From a virus (Duplodnaviria; Caudoviricetes): a DNA stretch of 40,888 nucleotides. The first letter of the stretch is position 1, and each line of letters starts with the position of its first letter. The notes beneath the pieces were generated by a model, which saw only the letters and a program-made list of their open reading frames with translations, had not been told where the DNA came from and made no database searches. Of the stretch, positions 19,016 to 27,948 are shown one piece after another. The position numbers and the translations under genes were made by a program. The DNA lies in IMG/VR virus record IMGVR_UViG_3300033475_001489, positions 1 to 40,888 of that record; one strand, given 5' to 3'.

Positions 19016-19059
19016 ATATTTAGAAATTGGAAATGCATAAAGTAAAAGGAGAAACGCAA

Positions 19060-19269
19060 ATGTACGTAGTAAGATTCAAAATGATCGGTGGTAAAGAGAT
19101 CCTCGGTGACGATCCTACAAAGCATCGTAAAGTCGCCCTCATCGATGTCGTATCTCGTTTAAAGCTTGCTTTCATTACTGAGGTCACACTCGTTGACACC
19201 TCTAAAAATACACAAAAAGTTTATACAAAAGCAGATTTAAAAGAGTTAGAGGAGTGGATCGAGGATTAA
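19060..19269 (+). CDS. Hypothetical protein
   Basis: AGGAG RBS before ATG 19060; terminator ctcctagg..cctaggag-tattttt follows. Confidence 0.7.
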   Translation: MYVVRFKMIGGKEILGDDPTKHRKVALIDVVSRLKLAFITEVTLVDTSKNTQKVYTKADLKELEEWIED

Positions 19270-19324
19270 AAACAAGCTCCTAGGAGAGATCCTAGGAGTA
19301 TTTTTATGCGTTGTTTTAGAACGA

Positions 19325-19403
19325 TCACCCAGATGATAATTTAGCACGAGCTATATAAATATATATCTACATTTATGGAGGTCCCCAATTTTCACCCTGG
19401 TGA
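19325..19403. repeat. Tripartite element E3 (79 bp)
   Basis: TCACCCAGATGA; core CTATATA-AA-TATATAT 19351-19366; CCTGGTGA. Confidence 0.88.
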
Positions 19404-19474
19404 TGACAATTTGTGATCAAGAGACAGAAAAATAGCCTGGTACGAAAAATACCAGGCAGTAAAATGAAAAAACT

Positions 19475-19813
19475 TTATTCTCTCTCTATTTCTTCATCCT
19501 CAATTTCTTCTTCAATTTGCATAATAGGTTTTACAAGGATTGTCACTCTGGACGTCGCAAGAACAATATCATTTTCTTCATCTGGACGTAACACAAGAGC
19601 AGTTTTCATTAATGTTTTTAGCGACTCGTCAATGTCAACAAAAACAAAATCTCGATCAAAAAGAAGGAGTGAATTTTCTGAATCTTTGAATAATCCCTTT
19701 ATGCTAACTTCAATTTCCCTTCCTAATAGATTTATTGCGTTTTTTATAAAATTTTTGATATTTGACGGTTCGATTTCATGTGCTAAGATTGTACTAAAAG
19801 GACTAATTTTCAA
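19475..19813 (-). CDS. Hypothetical protein with acidic tail
   Basis: GAGGT RBS then TTG 19813; the longer ORF would overlap the upstream gene. Confidence 0.55.
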   Translation of the reverse strand: MKISPFSTILAHEIEPSNIKNFIKNAINLLGREIEVSIKGLFKDSENSLLLFDRDFVFVDIDESLKTLMKTALVLRPDEENDIVLATSRVTILVKPIMQIEEEIEDEEIERE

Positions 19814-19823
19814 CGTCTTTACC

Positions 19824-20519
19824 TCACGTTTTATTAATTTCAAGTGGTGACGAGTCAGGATAATTCCATCCGCAGAACGTACAAGGACCTGCTCCTGTTT
19901 CTTGATCTCCATTATCCTGATTTGTAAGACATGGTTGAAAACACCTCGGACAGATCCCACGTGAAGTGCACACTTCACAAGGATCTGAACCAGGAGATTC
20001 TGGATTATTATCTGATCCTGGAAAAATGCCGTGCCCGTTGCAATTAACGCAATAAAAAGGCCATTTATTTTTGTATTCCTCAATTTCTTTCATTACTTGT
20101 TCATATGCTTCTTTAGAGCCATATTCTCCCCATTGGCGAGGGTCTTCTTGAATAGCCACAAATTCTTTATCTAGAAACATTCTAACTGCCCAACTTACAA
20201 TTGCGTCTCTAGTAGCTGCTGGTGATTTTTCTTTTACTTGTTTAAATGCTGCCTCGAATACCGCAGCTTCTGCCGGCATCAACGCCATTTTTATATCGTA
20301 TTTCACTATCTCCTTTCCGAATGTTTCACTGTTCAATTTTAAGTACGACCAGATATTCTGTCTTAATTGTATAACAAGATATGATCGACCTTCTGAATCG
20401 ATATATTCACCTAGTGTTTTATCTCCAGTCCATGTTCCTATCTTTCTGACATGGACATTTTTCACAGAAACGTTGTCGATAGGCAACCCGAATATACTGT
20501 TATTTATATAGTTTTCCAT
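19824..20519 (-). CDS. Multi-domain protein with a RHH-like segment and a Cys-rich Zn finger
   Basis: IVSWAVRMFLD segment; CVNC..G.G, PCEVC, CPRC, PCTFCGW. Confidence 0.7.
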   Translation of the reverse strand: MENYINNSIFGLPIDNVSVKNVHVRKIGTWTGDKTLGEYIDSEGRSYLVIQLRQNIWSYLKLNSETFGKEIVKYDIKMALMPAEAAVFEAAFKQVKEKSPAATRDAIVSWAVRMFLDKEFVAIQEDPRQWGEYGSKEAYEQVMKEIEEYKNKWPFYCVNCNGHGIFPGSDNNPESPGSDPCEVCTSRGICPRCFQPCLTNQDNGDQETGAGPCTFCGWNYPDSSPLEINKT

Positions 20520-20526
20520 TTTCACT

Positions 20527-20925
20527 TTACTCCTGATACATAAATAGATTCGGTGCACCATATAACATTAGATTTGCATTAACCGCGTCAAGAAACGCAT
20601 TAGGATATTTATCCCATTGAATTTTCTTGATATCATCATAAGATTCTATTTTTGCGTCTGTGTCTATCTGCTCAAGTAACTTTTTTAGTGTTATGAGCTG
20701 AGATTCTCTGTACTTTTCAATACAATTTTCGATAGGATATGTTGATAGAGATCGCACAAGTTTACGATGTATTGCAGCTCTGATTTCTTCTTCAGTAACG
20801 TCAAACTCTGGAGATTTTGTTACTGCTAACCAGATGTTCCATGGCGTGACTGCACCATAGTTAGCATGACTTTTTCTCACTGCTGCTTTGAGAACAACAT
20901 CTAAAAATACATCTCTGGTCGTCAT
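20527..20925 (-). CDS. Hypothetical protein
   Basis: AAGGAG RBS. Confidence 0.7.
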   Translation of the reverse strand: MTTRDVFLDVVLKAAVRKSHANYGAVTPWNIWLAVTKSPEFDVTEEEIRAAIHRKLVRSLSTYPIENCIEKYRESQLITLKKLLEQIDTDAKIESYDDIKKIQWDKYPNAFLDAVNANLMLYGAPNLFMYQE

Positions 20926-20987
20926 CCACTTTTCTCCTTTTTCTTAATGTAATCTAATAATAGTCTCAATGACTTTTTCTTTGTTGT

Positions 20988-21260
20988 TCACTTTGCTTTT
21001 CTCTTTCTGATGATGTGATTAGCAATACGTATACCTAAGTTAGTTCCTACATGATACGATATAATACCCACGATTGTATATACGATGAACTGAAGTAAAA
21101 ATGGAAGACCGATAAACTTGTTACTAATAAACGAAACTGCAGCACACAAAACCACAATGATTACGATTATCACTATTGAATCGACGTAAATGAAAATTTT
21201 CCAGTCTTTTCTAGTGTATCGTCTCATGTAACGCCACATTTTCATAATGTAATGTCTCAT
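20988..21260 (-). CDS. Small membrane protein (two TM helices)
   Basis: Hydrophobic helices; AAGGAG RBS before ATG 21260. Confidence 0.7.
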   Translation of the reverse strand: MRHYIMKMWRYMRRYTRKDWKIFIYVDSIVIIVIIVVLCAAVSFISNKFIGLPFLLQFIVYTIVGIISYHVGTNLGIRIANHIIRKRKAK

Positions 21261-21300
21261 TTTACATTTCTCCTTTAGTTTATTATGTACTCTTAAATAT

Positions 21301-21329
21301 ATTATACAACATTTTTCATAAAAAGTACA
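21301..21329 (-). promoter_or_regulatory. TGTACT-N17-TATAAT promoter
   Basis: Family match. Confidence 0.8.
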
Positions 21330-21416
21330 TATTTTATTGCATTTTTTCTGCATTTCATTGAAACTATAAAAAAAATAGCTCGTATGCTTAACACACACGA
21401 GCAGAATCTCAGTTTC

Positions 21417-22070
21417 TTATATCGTAAAGCTACTAAGAGCAGGTTTTACAAGTTTCTTTTTGTAATCATTCATGTAACTAGGACATTGTTCGATAAATTG
21501 ATTATATTTCTTTTCTGATAGCTCTATTTGTTTTGGAAGCGCTTGTTCTGATGGTGGTTCTGGCAATCTCGTAGACTCTAGAAGTTTCTTGATATTGTCG
21601 AATCGTTTGTGTGAATATACTCCTCTATCATTTTCAATAGATTCACTAATACTATTGTTGTGGACCTGCATTGTCGCAATATCATCAGGAGCAAAACCCA
21701 AATCATTTTCATTGACACTATGAAGATAGACCTTCATACTCTTCAAGGCTGCATAAGGTGACACATGACTGCGCCAAAATTCTTCAAGCTCATTAAGTGT
21801 GTATGATATTTTAAACTTTCTTAACACACGATATCTTTTCGGCAAAAGTAAACCATATTCTACACTCAAGTAGTTTTCCAAGTCATTGTAACCTACTAAT
21901 CGCTCGTCCTCCCATAGTTCTCCTAGTTTTGTTTCTATGACTCTTTCCCACATTAAGCCTATTTTGCTGGCTGTAATCTGATCGTTTGGCGTACCAGGAA
22001 TCACACCGTACCAAACACGGTACCAATAGTTGCATCGCCAAATTCTATCGAAATTTGTGAGTCTTTTCAT
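21417..22070 (-). CDS. Hypothetical protein
   Basis: 217-aa ORF with AAGG RBS. Confidence 0.7.
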   Translation of the reverse strand: MKRLTNFDRIWRCNYWYRVWYGVIPGTPNDQITASKIGLMWERVIETKLGELWEDERLVGYNDLENYLSVEYGLLLPKRYRVLRKFKISYTLNELEEFWRSHVSPYAALKSMKVYLHSVNENDLGFAPDDIATMQVHNNSISESIENDRGVYSHKRFDNIKKLLESTRLPEPPSEQALPKQIELSEKKYNQFIEQCPSYMNDYKKKLVKPALSSFTI

Positions 22071-22153
22071 TTATTTTTTTCCTTTTTACGAATCTGTATA
22101 TCCTGCTTATCACATAATGAACAAGCAGGATATACACACTCACGAGATCAATG

Positions 22154-22384
22154 TTATCCAATTTCACCAATCATTTCAAAGTACTTAAAGTCTGGAGCTA
22201 CTAAGAGTAAAATAAGAGTCTCATAGCCATCGTCGATTTTAATCATGCTTCCATTTTCCCACTGAAACCACTTTTCTGCTTGTCTGAAAAGATCAGGAGA
22301 ATCCGTGATAATGTAACTCATAACGCCTTCAAGGCGAATAATGCCACGAATATCTGCGCCTGGTTTTAGTTTCATGTAGAGCAT
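22154..22384 (-). CDS. Hypothetical protein
   Basis: Cassette with promoter, RBS and downstream hairpin (~22096-22137). Confidence 0.7.
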   Translation of the reverse strand: MLYMKLKPGADIRGIIRLEGVMSYIITDSPDLFRQAEKWFQWENGSMIKIDDGYETLILLLVAPDFKYFEMIGEIG

Positions 22385-22434
22385 TTCGCTTTTCTCCTTT
22401 GTGTTTAGCTGTTGTATTTACAATTTCTAAGTAT

Positions 22435-22463
22435 ATTATACAACATTTTTAGCAAAAAGTACA
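22435..22463 (-). promoter_or_regulatory. TGTACT-N17-TATAAT promoter
   Basis: Family match. Confidence 0.85.
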
Positions 22464-22552
22464 TACTTTTATGACACTTTGTAGCAACTCGTAGAAACTG
22501 GGCAGCAAAATAGGAGAGATTTCTCTCTCCTATCGCGCATTTCGTGCGCTTT

Positions 22553-22852
22553 TTATACAACGCGCACAATATCGTTTCTAGCAATCAACAATGCAGCGAG
22601 ATCATAATCTTCCGTGCCTTCTTTTAAAAACAAAAGTTTTTCGTCATCTTGCTCTAAACCATGCCAATTTTCTTTCGTATTGTGCTCGGCGTTCAAAAGT
22701 AAAATGCCGCTTTCCGTTTGTGAAAAATAAAAGTACTTTTTGCCATTGAGTTTGAACTCAACACTGTACTTTTCGTCTTTCACCTCACGCTCGTCAATTT
22801 CAATAATCGTTTTGCTAAAAAGCTCTTTTACAAATTTGCTTAGCATTTCCAT
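22553..22852 (-). CDS. Hypothetical protein
   Basis: Cassette; terminator ataggagaga..tctctcctat near 22510-22533. Confidence 0.7.
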   Translation of the reverse strand: MEMLSKFVKELFSKTIIEIDEREVKDEKYSVEFKLNGKKYFYFSQTESGILLLNAEHNTKENWHGLEQDDEKLLFLKEGTEDYDLAALLIARNDIVRVV

Positions 22853-22894
22853 TTCTCCTTTGTGATTTGCGTTTGTTATTCAACTTCTAAATAT

Positions 22895-22923
22895 ATTATA
22901 CACTATTTTTGGCAAAAAGTACA
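22895..22923 (-). promoter_or_regulatory. TGTACT-N17-TATAAT promoter
   Basis: Family match. Confidence 0.85.
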
Positions 22924-23033
22924 TACTTTTTATACGAATTTATAGCAATTTATAAAAGTTCGTGAAACTCGTAGAAACTACTATAAAAAATGGCTAATAC
23001 TTAGGTATTAGCCACAATAATTAAATAAATTAA

Positions 23034-23225
23034 TTATTCAATTGCAAACTCTCGAGTGAGTGTAACATACACTTTATTAGTATCCTCATTCACAATTTGA
23101 GCTTTTTCAATATAAAACTCTATGAATATTTTGTGAAGAGTGGGAGTTGCTTGCTCAACATTTTCAAATTTCTTCTTGTGCGTAAACTCCATTGCGTTTG
23201 CATGCATGTACTTAATAATGAACAT
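23034..23225 (-). CDS. Hypothetical protein (weakly similar to 35530..35718)
   Basis: M[FY][IV]IK...[IV]EK..I..E.T..V pattern. Confidence 0.65.
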   Translation of the reverse strand: MFIIKYMHANAMEFTHKKKFENVEQATPTLHKIFIEFYIEKAQIVNEDTNKVYVTLTREFAIE

Positions 23226-23277
23226 TATTTTTCCTTTCGCTTTTCGCTTTCGTAAGTTTAATTTAACTTACATTCTT

Positions 23278-23306
23278 ATTATACAACAAAATCGCATAAA
23301 TGTACA
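23278..23306 (-). promoter_or_regulatory. TGTACA-N17-TATAAT promoter (divergent pair, 41-bp IR)
   Basis: Family match. Confidence 0.85.
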
Positions 23307-23415
23307 TAGTTTTCGTATGTATTTTAGTGTATTTAACAAAATTCGTAGAAACTTGTCTTTTATCAACGAATTTTGGCGAATTTGTATAAATTCATAGAAA
23401 CTCGTACGAAAACTA

Positions 23416-23444
23416 TGTACATTTATGCGATTTTGTTGTATAAT
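23416..23444 (+). promoter_or_regulatory. TGTACA-N17-TATAAT promoter (divergent pair, 41-bp IR)
   Basis: Family match. Confidence 0.85.
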
Positions 23445-23504
23445 ATACTTAGAAATTGGAAATACGCAAAGAAAAACGCGAAAAGTAAAAAAGGAGAAAC
23501 CAAA

Positions 23505-23720
23505 ATGGAGAAAATGCATATTGGAGTCACAGGAAATTATGTAGGTCGTCGCTCTAACGGACACTTAATTATGGTAAGCGCAGAAGTGTTTCAAAAAGAA
23601 GCGAAGATGCACTTCGATGATTTGATCGAACATATCGAGAATCCTACTCTCACACAAATTTTGGAAACTTGGGAGCAAGTTGACATCATAGTAAATAATG
23701 TGATGTACTGGGAGATCTAG
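23505..23720 (+). CDS. Hypothetical protein
   Basis: AAGGAG RBS before ATG 23505. Confidence 0.7.
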   Translation: MEKMHIGVTGNYVGRRSNGHLIMVSAEVFQKEAKMHFDDLIEHIENPTLTQILETWEQVDIIVNNVMYWEI

Positions 23721-23742
23721 ACACTAAAAGGCCTCTGGCTAA

Positions 23743-23819
23743 TCACCAGAGGTCATTTTGGGCTTTCAATAGTAAAAGATGTATATTTATATAGCTCAAG
23801 AGCTACTGTCGTCTGGTAA
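23743..23819. repeat. Tripartite element E4 (77 bp, flipped orientation)
   Basis: TCACCAGAGGTCA; core ATGTATA-TT-TATATAG 23779-23794; GTCGTCTGGTAA arm lies inside the 3' end of a CDS. Confidence 0.8.
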
Positions 23820-24320
23820 GTCCTGAGCAACAGTCCAGGCGCTCGAGTATATCGACTTAAGATTGCTTGCATATTCTCGTGCAAATGATTCTGTCGCCCA
23901 AAAGCCTATGTCCTGCACGCTATTAACCGCGCTGCACATGATAAGAATGTTTGCCGTTTGGTTATAAGGGACCATTTCTTTCGGTTCAACAATAAACTCG
24001 TTTGCTCTATATTTTACACCAAAAACATCTAAAAGGGCAGAATCAGAGTTGAGACCAACAGCAGTAAGAGCCGTTAATGTTTTGTTCACTTGATGAATAA
24101 GTGTGTCTATCGGTGTTGTAAGATCAATAGAGTCTTTTTTAGAGTCTACGATCTTTCTGTGCTCAATGTATGTATTAGCATGATGCTCGAATTCGAATGT
24201 GACTCTACGACCGTTCTCCCAGTAGTCCGACCATAGGACACCATCAAATGTTGGAATAGCGAATTGTGGAACCCATCTGTGAGTCCCTTCAGGTTTTACT
24301 TTATAATCTCTTATAAGCAC
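23796..24320 (-). CDS. Two-domain hypothetical protein; C-half paralogous to 27485..27787
   Basis: GGAGG RBS before GTG 24320; shared VN..L..L...G[VI]KY...F......[ST]E.F.R.Y...L. Confidence 0.7.
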   Translation of the reverse strand: MLIRDYKVKPEGTHRWVPQFAIPTFDGVLWSDYWENGRRVTFEFEHHANTYIEHRKIVDSKKDSIDLTTPIDTLIHQVNKTLTALTAVGLNSDSALLDVFGVKYRANEFIVEPKEMVPYNQTANILIMCSAVNSVQDIGFWATESFAREYASNLKSIYSSAWTVAQDLPDDSSS

Positions 24321-24330
24321 GATTTCCTCC

Positions 24331-24618
24331 TTAAAGCATAAATCTTCTAACACCAGGTTCTTCTTCTGGAAGAAATTTCAGAATATAGTGCAGTGCCTGA
24401 ATTTCTGTTGAATACGTCACAATGACGTTCTCTATTGTTTCTCCATTAGGAGCACGTAGATCATACTTTATTTTTTTCTTTACGTATGACATCCATGAAT
24501 TTCTTCTACTATCAAAGTATTGAGGATAGCAGAAATTTTCAACGATATCGATTCTGAAGCCGCTGAAACCTTCTTGTGTAAAAAGTTTCTTCGTTTCATC
24601 TAAAGTCAAAGCTCGCAT
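24331..24618 (-). CDS. RFML-tail paralog 6
   Basis: LFTQEGFSGFRI...YPQY...W..Y...GVRRFML; GAGGTGG RBS. Confidence 0.8.
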   Translation of the reverse strand: MRALTLDETKKLFTQEGFSGFRIDIVENFCYPQYFDSRRNSWMSYVKKKIKYDLRAPNGETIENVIVTYSTEIQALHYILKFLPEEEPGVRRFML

Positions 24619-24628
24619 AATTCCACCT

Positions 24629-24904
24629 CTATAACATGAATCGCTTGATTTGTCCTTCTTCATCTTCCACAGTAACATCATCTTCAAAAATGTACATTAT
24701 AGCAGAGGATCCGAATAACATAGAAACAGGAGCAAGTTCTTGATTTTTATAAAATGATTTTGTAAATCTCATATATGGAGTCCATTTTCCTATATTGTCA
24801 ACAAACTTTTCAGGAAAATATCTTTCTCCATCGTGTCTAATTCTATCACCATTATATCCATTTTCTGAAAAAAGTTTGTTGACAATATCTCGAGATATTC
24901 TCAT
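24629..24904 (-). CDS. RFML-tail paralog 5
   Basis: LFSENGYNGDRI...FPEK...W.PY...IKRFML. Confidence 0.8.
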   Translation of the reverse strand: MRISRDIVNKLFSENGYNGDRIRHDGERYFPEKFVDNIGKWTPYMRFTKSFYKNQELAPVSMLFGSSAIMYIFEDDVTVEDEEGQIKRFML

Positions 24905-24912
24905 GATTCACC

Positions 24913-25176
24913 TCATAACATATATCGATGTACATGCGCATCTTCAGTATGAATAAATTTTGAAACATAATTTAGCGCTGCAAGCGCTGTGAAAAAACTA
25001 ATATCTTGATCTTTACGAGTTCCGTCACTATTTAATTCAAATTTGCTACAAGGTATCCACTTATTCTCTAGAGTATTTTTAAACTCTGGGCAATGTTTTT
25101 CTTCTTTTATGATAATCCTAAAATTTTGATATCCTTCTTCGGTGTAAAGACGTTCTATGATTTCATTCGCGAGCAT
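24913..25176 (-). CDS. RFML-tail paralog 4
   Basis: LYTEEGYQNFRI...CPEF...W...VHRYML. Confidence 0.8.
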   Translation of the reverse strand: MLANEIIERLYTEEGYQNFRIIIKEEKHCPEFKNTLENKWIPCSKFELNSDGTRKDQDISFFTALAALNYVSKFIHTEDAHVHRYML

Positions 25177-25188
25177 TTTTATTTCTCT

Positions 25189-25452
25189 TCACAACATGAA
25201 TCGTTTGATTGATGATTCTTCTTCAGGAAGTAATCTCGTAATATGATTAATCGCGGCAAGGTCTGTTTTATAACCGCATGGCTCAGAATAAGTTAAACCA
25301 TCAGAATTTGTTTTTACCATTGTATATTGCTGCCATGAATCTTTATCGTGATCAAAGTATTCAGGAAACCTCTTCTCCATGGTAACGATTCTGAAACCAA
25401 GGTAACCTTCTTCTGTATAAAGTTTTTCTATGATTTCATCACTAATATTCAA
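25189..25452 (-). CDS. RFML-tail paralog 3
   Basis: LYTEEGYLGFRI...FPEY...W..Y...IKRFML. Confidence 0.8.
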   Translation of the reverse strand: MNISDEIIEKLYTEEGYLGFRIVTMEKRFPEYFDHDKDSWQQYTMVKTNSDGLTYSEPCGYKTDLAAINHITRLLPEEESSIKRFML

Positions 25453-25733
25453 AGCATGAATCTCCTTATTTTAGGCTCTTCATTCTCGATTAATTCAATA
25501 ACAAAAGATATTGCATCTACTCTATTCTCAAAGAATAGTGTTTCATACGTTGTAACAGGTTTGTTTGTATCTGTAAATGTGACTGAAGTTTTTTTTATAT
25601 GTGGTTTCCATATATTCGCGACATAATCTTTATATTCTGGGAAAAACAAATCATCTATTCTACTAATTCTAGTGCCGCTGTACCCGTCCTTTGTAAAAAA
25701 CAAGTCTATGATTTTATTATCAAATATCATCAC
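25449..25733 (-). CDS. RFML-tail paralog 2
   Basis: FFTKDGYSGTRI...FPEY...W...IRRFML. Confidence 0.8.
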   Translation of the reverse strand: MMIFDNKIIDLFFTKDGYSGTRISRIDDLFFPEYKDYVANIWKPHIKKTSVTFTDTNKPVTTYETLFFENRVDAISFVIELIENEEPKIRRFML

Positions 25734-25743
25734 AAATTAATCC

Positions 25744-26037
25744 TCAAAGCATGAATCTTCTAACACCAGATTCTTCTTCTTTGTCTGGAAGAAGTTTTCC
25801 GATATAATGCAGTGCTTCTGGTGTTGCAGAATCGAAAGACACAATTTCGAACGATATATCTGCACTTTCTTTGCTGTCGTCAAGTTTCGTAATGCGCTTC
25901 AAGTACGATTTCCAAATATTCATAAAACGATCTTTATATTCAGGATACTCTATTCCGTCTTTCACAAAGATTCTAAAACCATTATATCCAGTATCAGAGT
26001 ATAATTGATGCACAATATCGTTATTGATAAATTTCAC
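25744..26037 (-). CDS. RFML-tail paralog 1
   Basis: GGAGG RBS before GTG 26037; LYSDTGYNGFRI...YPEY...W.SY...GVRRFML. Confidence 0.8.
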   Translation of the reverse strand: MKFINNDIVHQLYSDTGYNGFRIFVKDGIEYPEYKDRFMNIWKSYLKRITKLDDSKESADISFEIVSFDSATPEALHYIGKLLPDKEEESGVRRFML

Positions 26038-26510
26038 ATGTACCTCCCAATGCCATCCCAAGCATTTGTGAATTTGTATCTATCATACTGATCTTTTTCT
26101 ACAGGTTCATGCTCTTCGAAGTAAACTAGATGTTCATCAATCTTCTGCTGGATTTTTGCTAGACTACCCTGAACTCTAGCACGTTTCTTTTGCTCTAGCA
26201 ATTCATTGAGCTCTTTGAGTCTTGTTTCACACTCTTCAGTGACGAGAATGTCTCTGATTTCATCCCATTCTACATAGAATTTAATTTCATTGGCATTGTC
26301 GAAGACTCTTCGGACAGGAATACCGAGAAGAACAAATTTTATCATTCTGCGGTTCAAGAGTTGCAGCGTCTCGTGTTTGTAAGAGTGGTCGTTCTCATTT
26401 CTTGAGTCTCTTAGGATATCTACCATATCTACCTCAAGCATATCGAGCGTCTTACGAATATCAGTCTTTGTGATTTTGCGAGTCTTCAGGTCATCGATGG
26501 CATTTTTCAT
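26034..26510 (-). CDS. Hypothetical protein, paralog family A
   Basis: HE...F..LGIP...YV....DIL....C...LKELN shared with 26971 and 28837. Confidence 0.75.
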   Translation of the reverse strand: MKNAIDDLKTRKITKTDIRKTLDMLEVDMVDILRDSRNENDHSYKHETLQLLNRRMIKFVLLGIPVRRVFDNANEIKFYVEWDEIRDILVTEECETRLKELNELLEQKKRARVQGSLAKIQQKIDEHLVYFEEHEPVEKDQYDRYKFTNAWDGIGRYM

Positions 26511-26563
26511 TTCACTTTTCTCCTTGTGTAAGTTTTAAGGAGAAACTCACAAACCGTATGTTT

Positions 26564-26845
26564 CTAGATGACGTCTTCGAATTTGACGTGTTTGCTCAGA
26601 CGCTTTAGCTGCTTTAGCTGCTCATCAAGTTGGTTGATTTCAGCGCACATGATATCTGTGTTGAAAGAGTTTCCTTGTGACACTCCATGAGAATTTGGGA
26701 GTCTATCATTTTCAAGATCGAATATCGCTCTCTCTAAATTATCCTTCTGAAACCTCATACTTGCTAAGAGTCTCTTTTTCTTGTCTTCGATTTTCATCTC
26801 TACGTCGTGGATTTCCATAAAGAGGTATGAATTGTCTTGTGCCAT
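26564..26845 (-). CDS. Coiled-coil hypothetical protein, paralog family B
   Basis: RLPNS.GV.QGN...DI.CAE shared with 27949; AAGGAG before ATG 26845. Confidence 0.75.
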   Translation of the reverse strand: MAQDNSYLFMEIHDVEMKIEDKKKRLLASMRFQKDNLERAIFDLENDRLPNSHGVSQGNSFNTDIMCAEINQLDEQLKQLKRLSKHVKFEDVI

Positions 26846-26895
26846 TTCTATTTCTCCTTTGCATTCTTCGCATTTGTTATTCAACTTCTAAATAT

Positions 26896-26924
26896 ATTAT
26901 ACAACAATTTCATGAAAAAGTACA
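26896..26924 (-). promoter_or_regulatory. TGTACT-N17-TATAAT promoter
   Basis: Family match. Confidence 0.85.
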
Positions 26925-26970
26925 TACTTTTTATGTGAATTTACACGAAATTGTTGCAGTTAGTTGAATC

Positions 26971-27429
26971 TTATACGTAATTTACGAAGTAATACTCGTT
27001 ATCGAATCTGTACATTCTCTTGATTTTGTTAAATGTCACTGGTTCACCGTGTGTCTCAAGAAACTGCTTCAAAGAAACCATCTGAGAGTCATATTTTATT
27101 ATTGCCTCTGGATTTCTTGCTCGATAATGTTTCTCGTGAGTCACATTGAGCTCCTTGAGTTTAACAACACAATACTCTGGGATGAGAATGTCTTGGATAT
27201 CAGCATTCACAACATAATACTCTACTGTATCACCATCAAGTTTCTTGTGCAGAGGGACACCGAGAACTGCGAAGTTTGTAAGATAGTTGCCAATTTGCTC
27301 ATGGCGAAACTTGATTTCCTGCTGATCATCTGTTAACGGATTCTCGTCCTTGAGCTCATTCATGTATTCGTTGAGGACATAAAGCATAGAGTCTATGACA
27401 TCTGCAGTCGCTTTTGTTCCATTTCTCAT
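26971..27429 (-). CDS. Hypothetical protein, paralog family A
   Basis: FRHEQIGNYL.NFAV.G.PLHK. Confidence 0.8.
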   Translation of the reverse strand: MRNGTKATADVIDSMLYVLNEYMNELKDENPLTDDQQEIKFRHEQIGNYLTNFAVLGVPLHKKLDGDTVEYYVVNADIQDILIPEYCVVKLKELNVTHEKHYRARNPEAIIKYDSQMVSLKQFLETHGEPVTFNKIKRMYRFDNEYYFVNYV

Positions 27430-27484
27430 TGTACGTTTCTCCTTTGAGGTAGGCTCCCAGAATCATCCAGGAGCCTCCTGTTAT

Positions 27485-27787
27485 TTAGAACGTGTCTCCG
27501 ATTGGGTCGCCAGTGTAATCTACCATGGGATGCAGTGAAGTGAGGTATTTGCGAACGAACTCCTCAGAGACATCGAACGTGAAGTCCTCTGCAGAAGGGA
27601 CTTGGAGGCAATTCACCTGAGCCGCAGCAATAGAGTTTGGAGTTGGACTTCCGAGAGTGAAGTCACATGGCTGATACTTGATACCACCAAATTCTATAAG
27701 GCGAATGTCTTGGTTTTCTTCGTAGGCGACTACGCCCAAAAATTCGAGGACTTCGTTGACTTTTGCGATGATTTCTTCGAATAGCAT
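27485..27787 (-). CDS. Hypothetical protein
   Basis: Cassette gene; paralogous to the C-half of 23796..24320. Confidence 0.75.
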   Translation of the reverse strand: MLFEEIIAKVNEVLEFLGVVAYEENQDIRLIEFGGIKYQPCDFTLGSPTPNSIAAAQVNCLQVPSAEDFTFDVSEEFVRKYLTSLHPMVDYTGDPIGDTF

Positions 27788-27837
27788 TTTGTTTTCTCCT
27801 TTTGTGGTTAACGTTTTGATTTACAACTTCTAAGTAT

Positions 27838-27866
27838 ATTATACAACAAAATCACCTAAAAGTACA
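27838..27866 (-). promoter_or_regulatory. TGTACT-N17-TATAAT promoter
   Basis: Family match. Confidence 0.85.
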
Positions 27867-27948
27867 TAGTTTTCGTACGTATTTTTGCAATTTTAGGCGA
27901 TTTCGTGTAAATTCACTGATTCTTGCGACGTTCCTACGGAGTCTGCGA

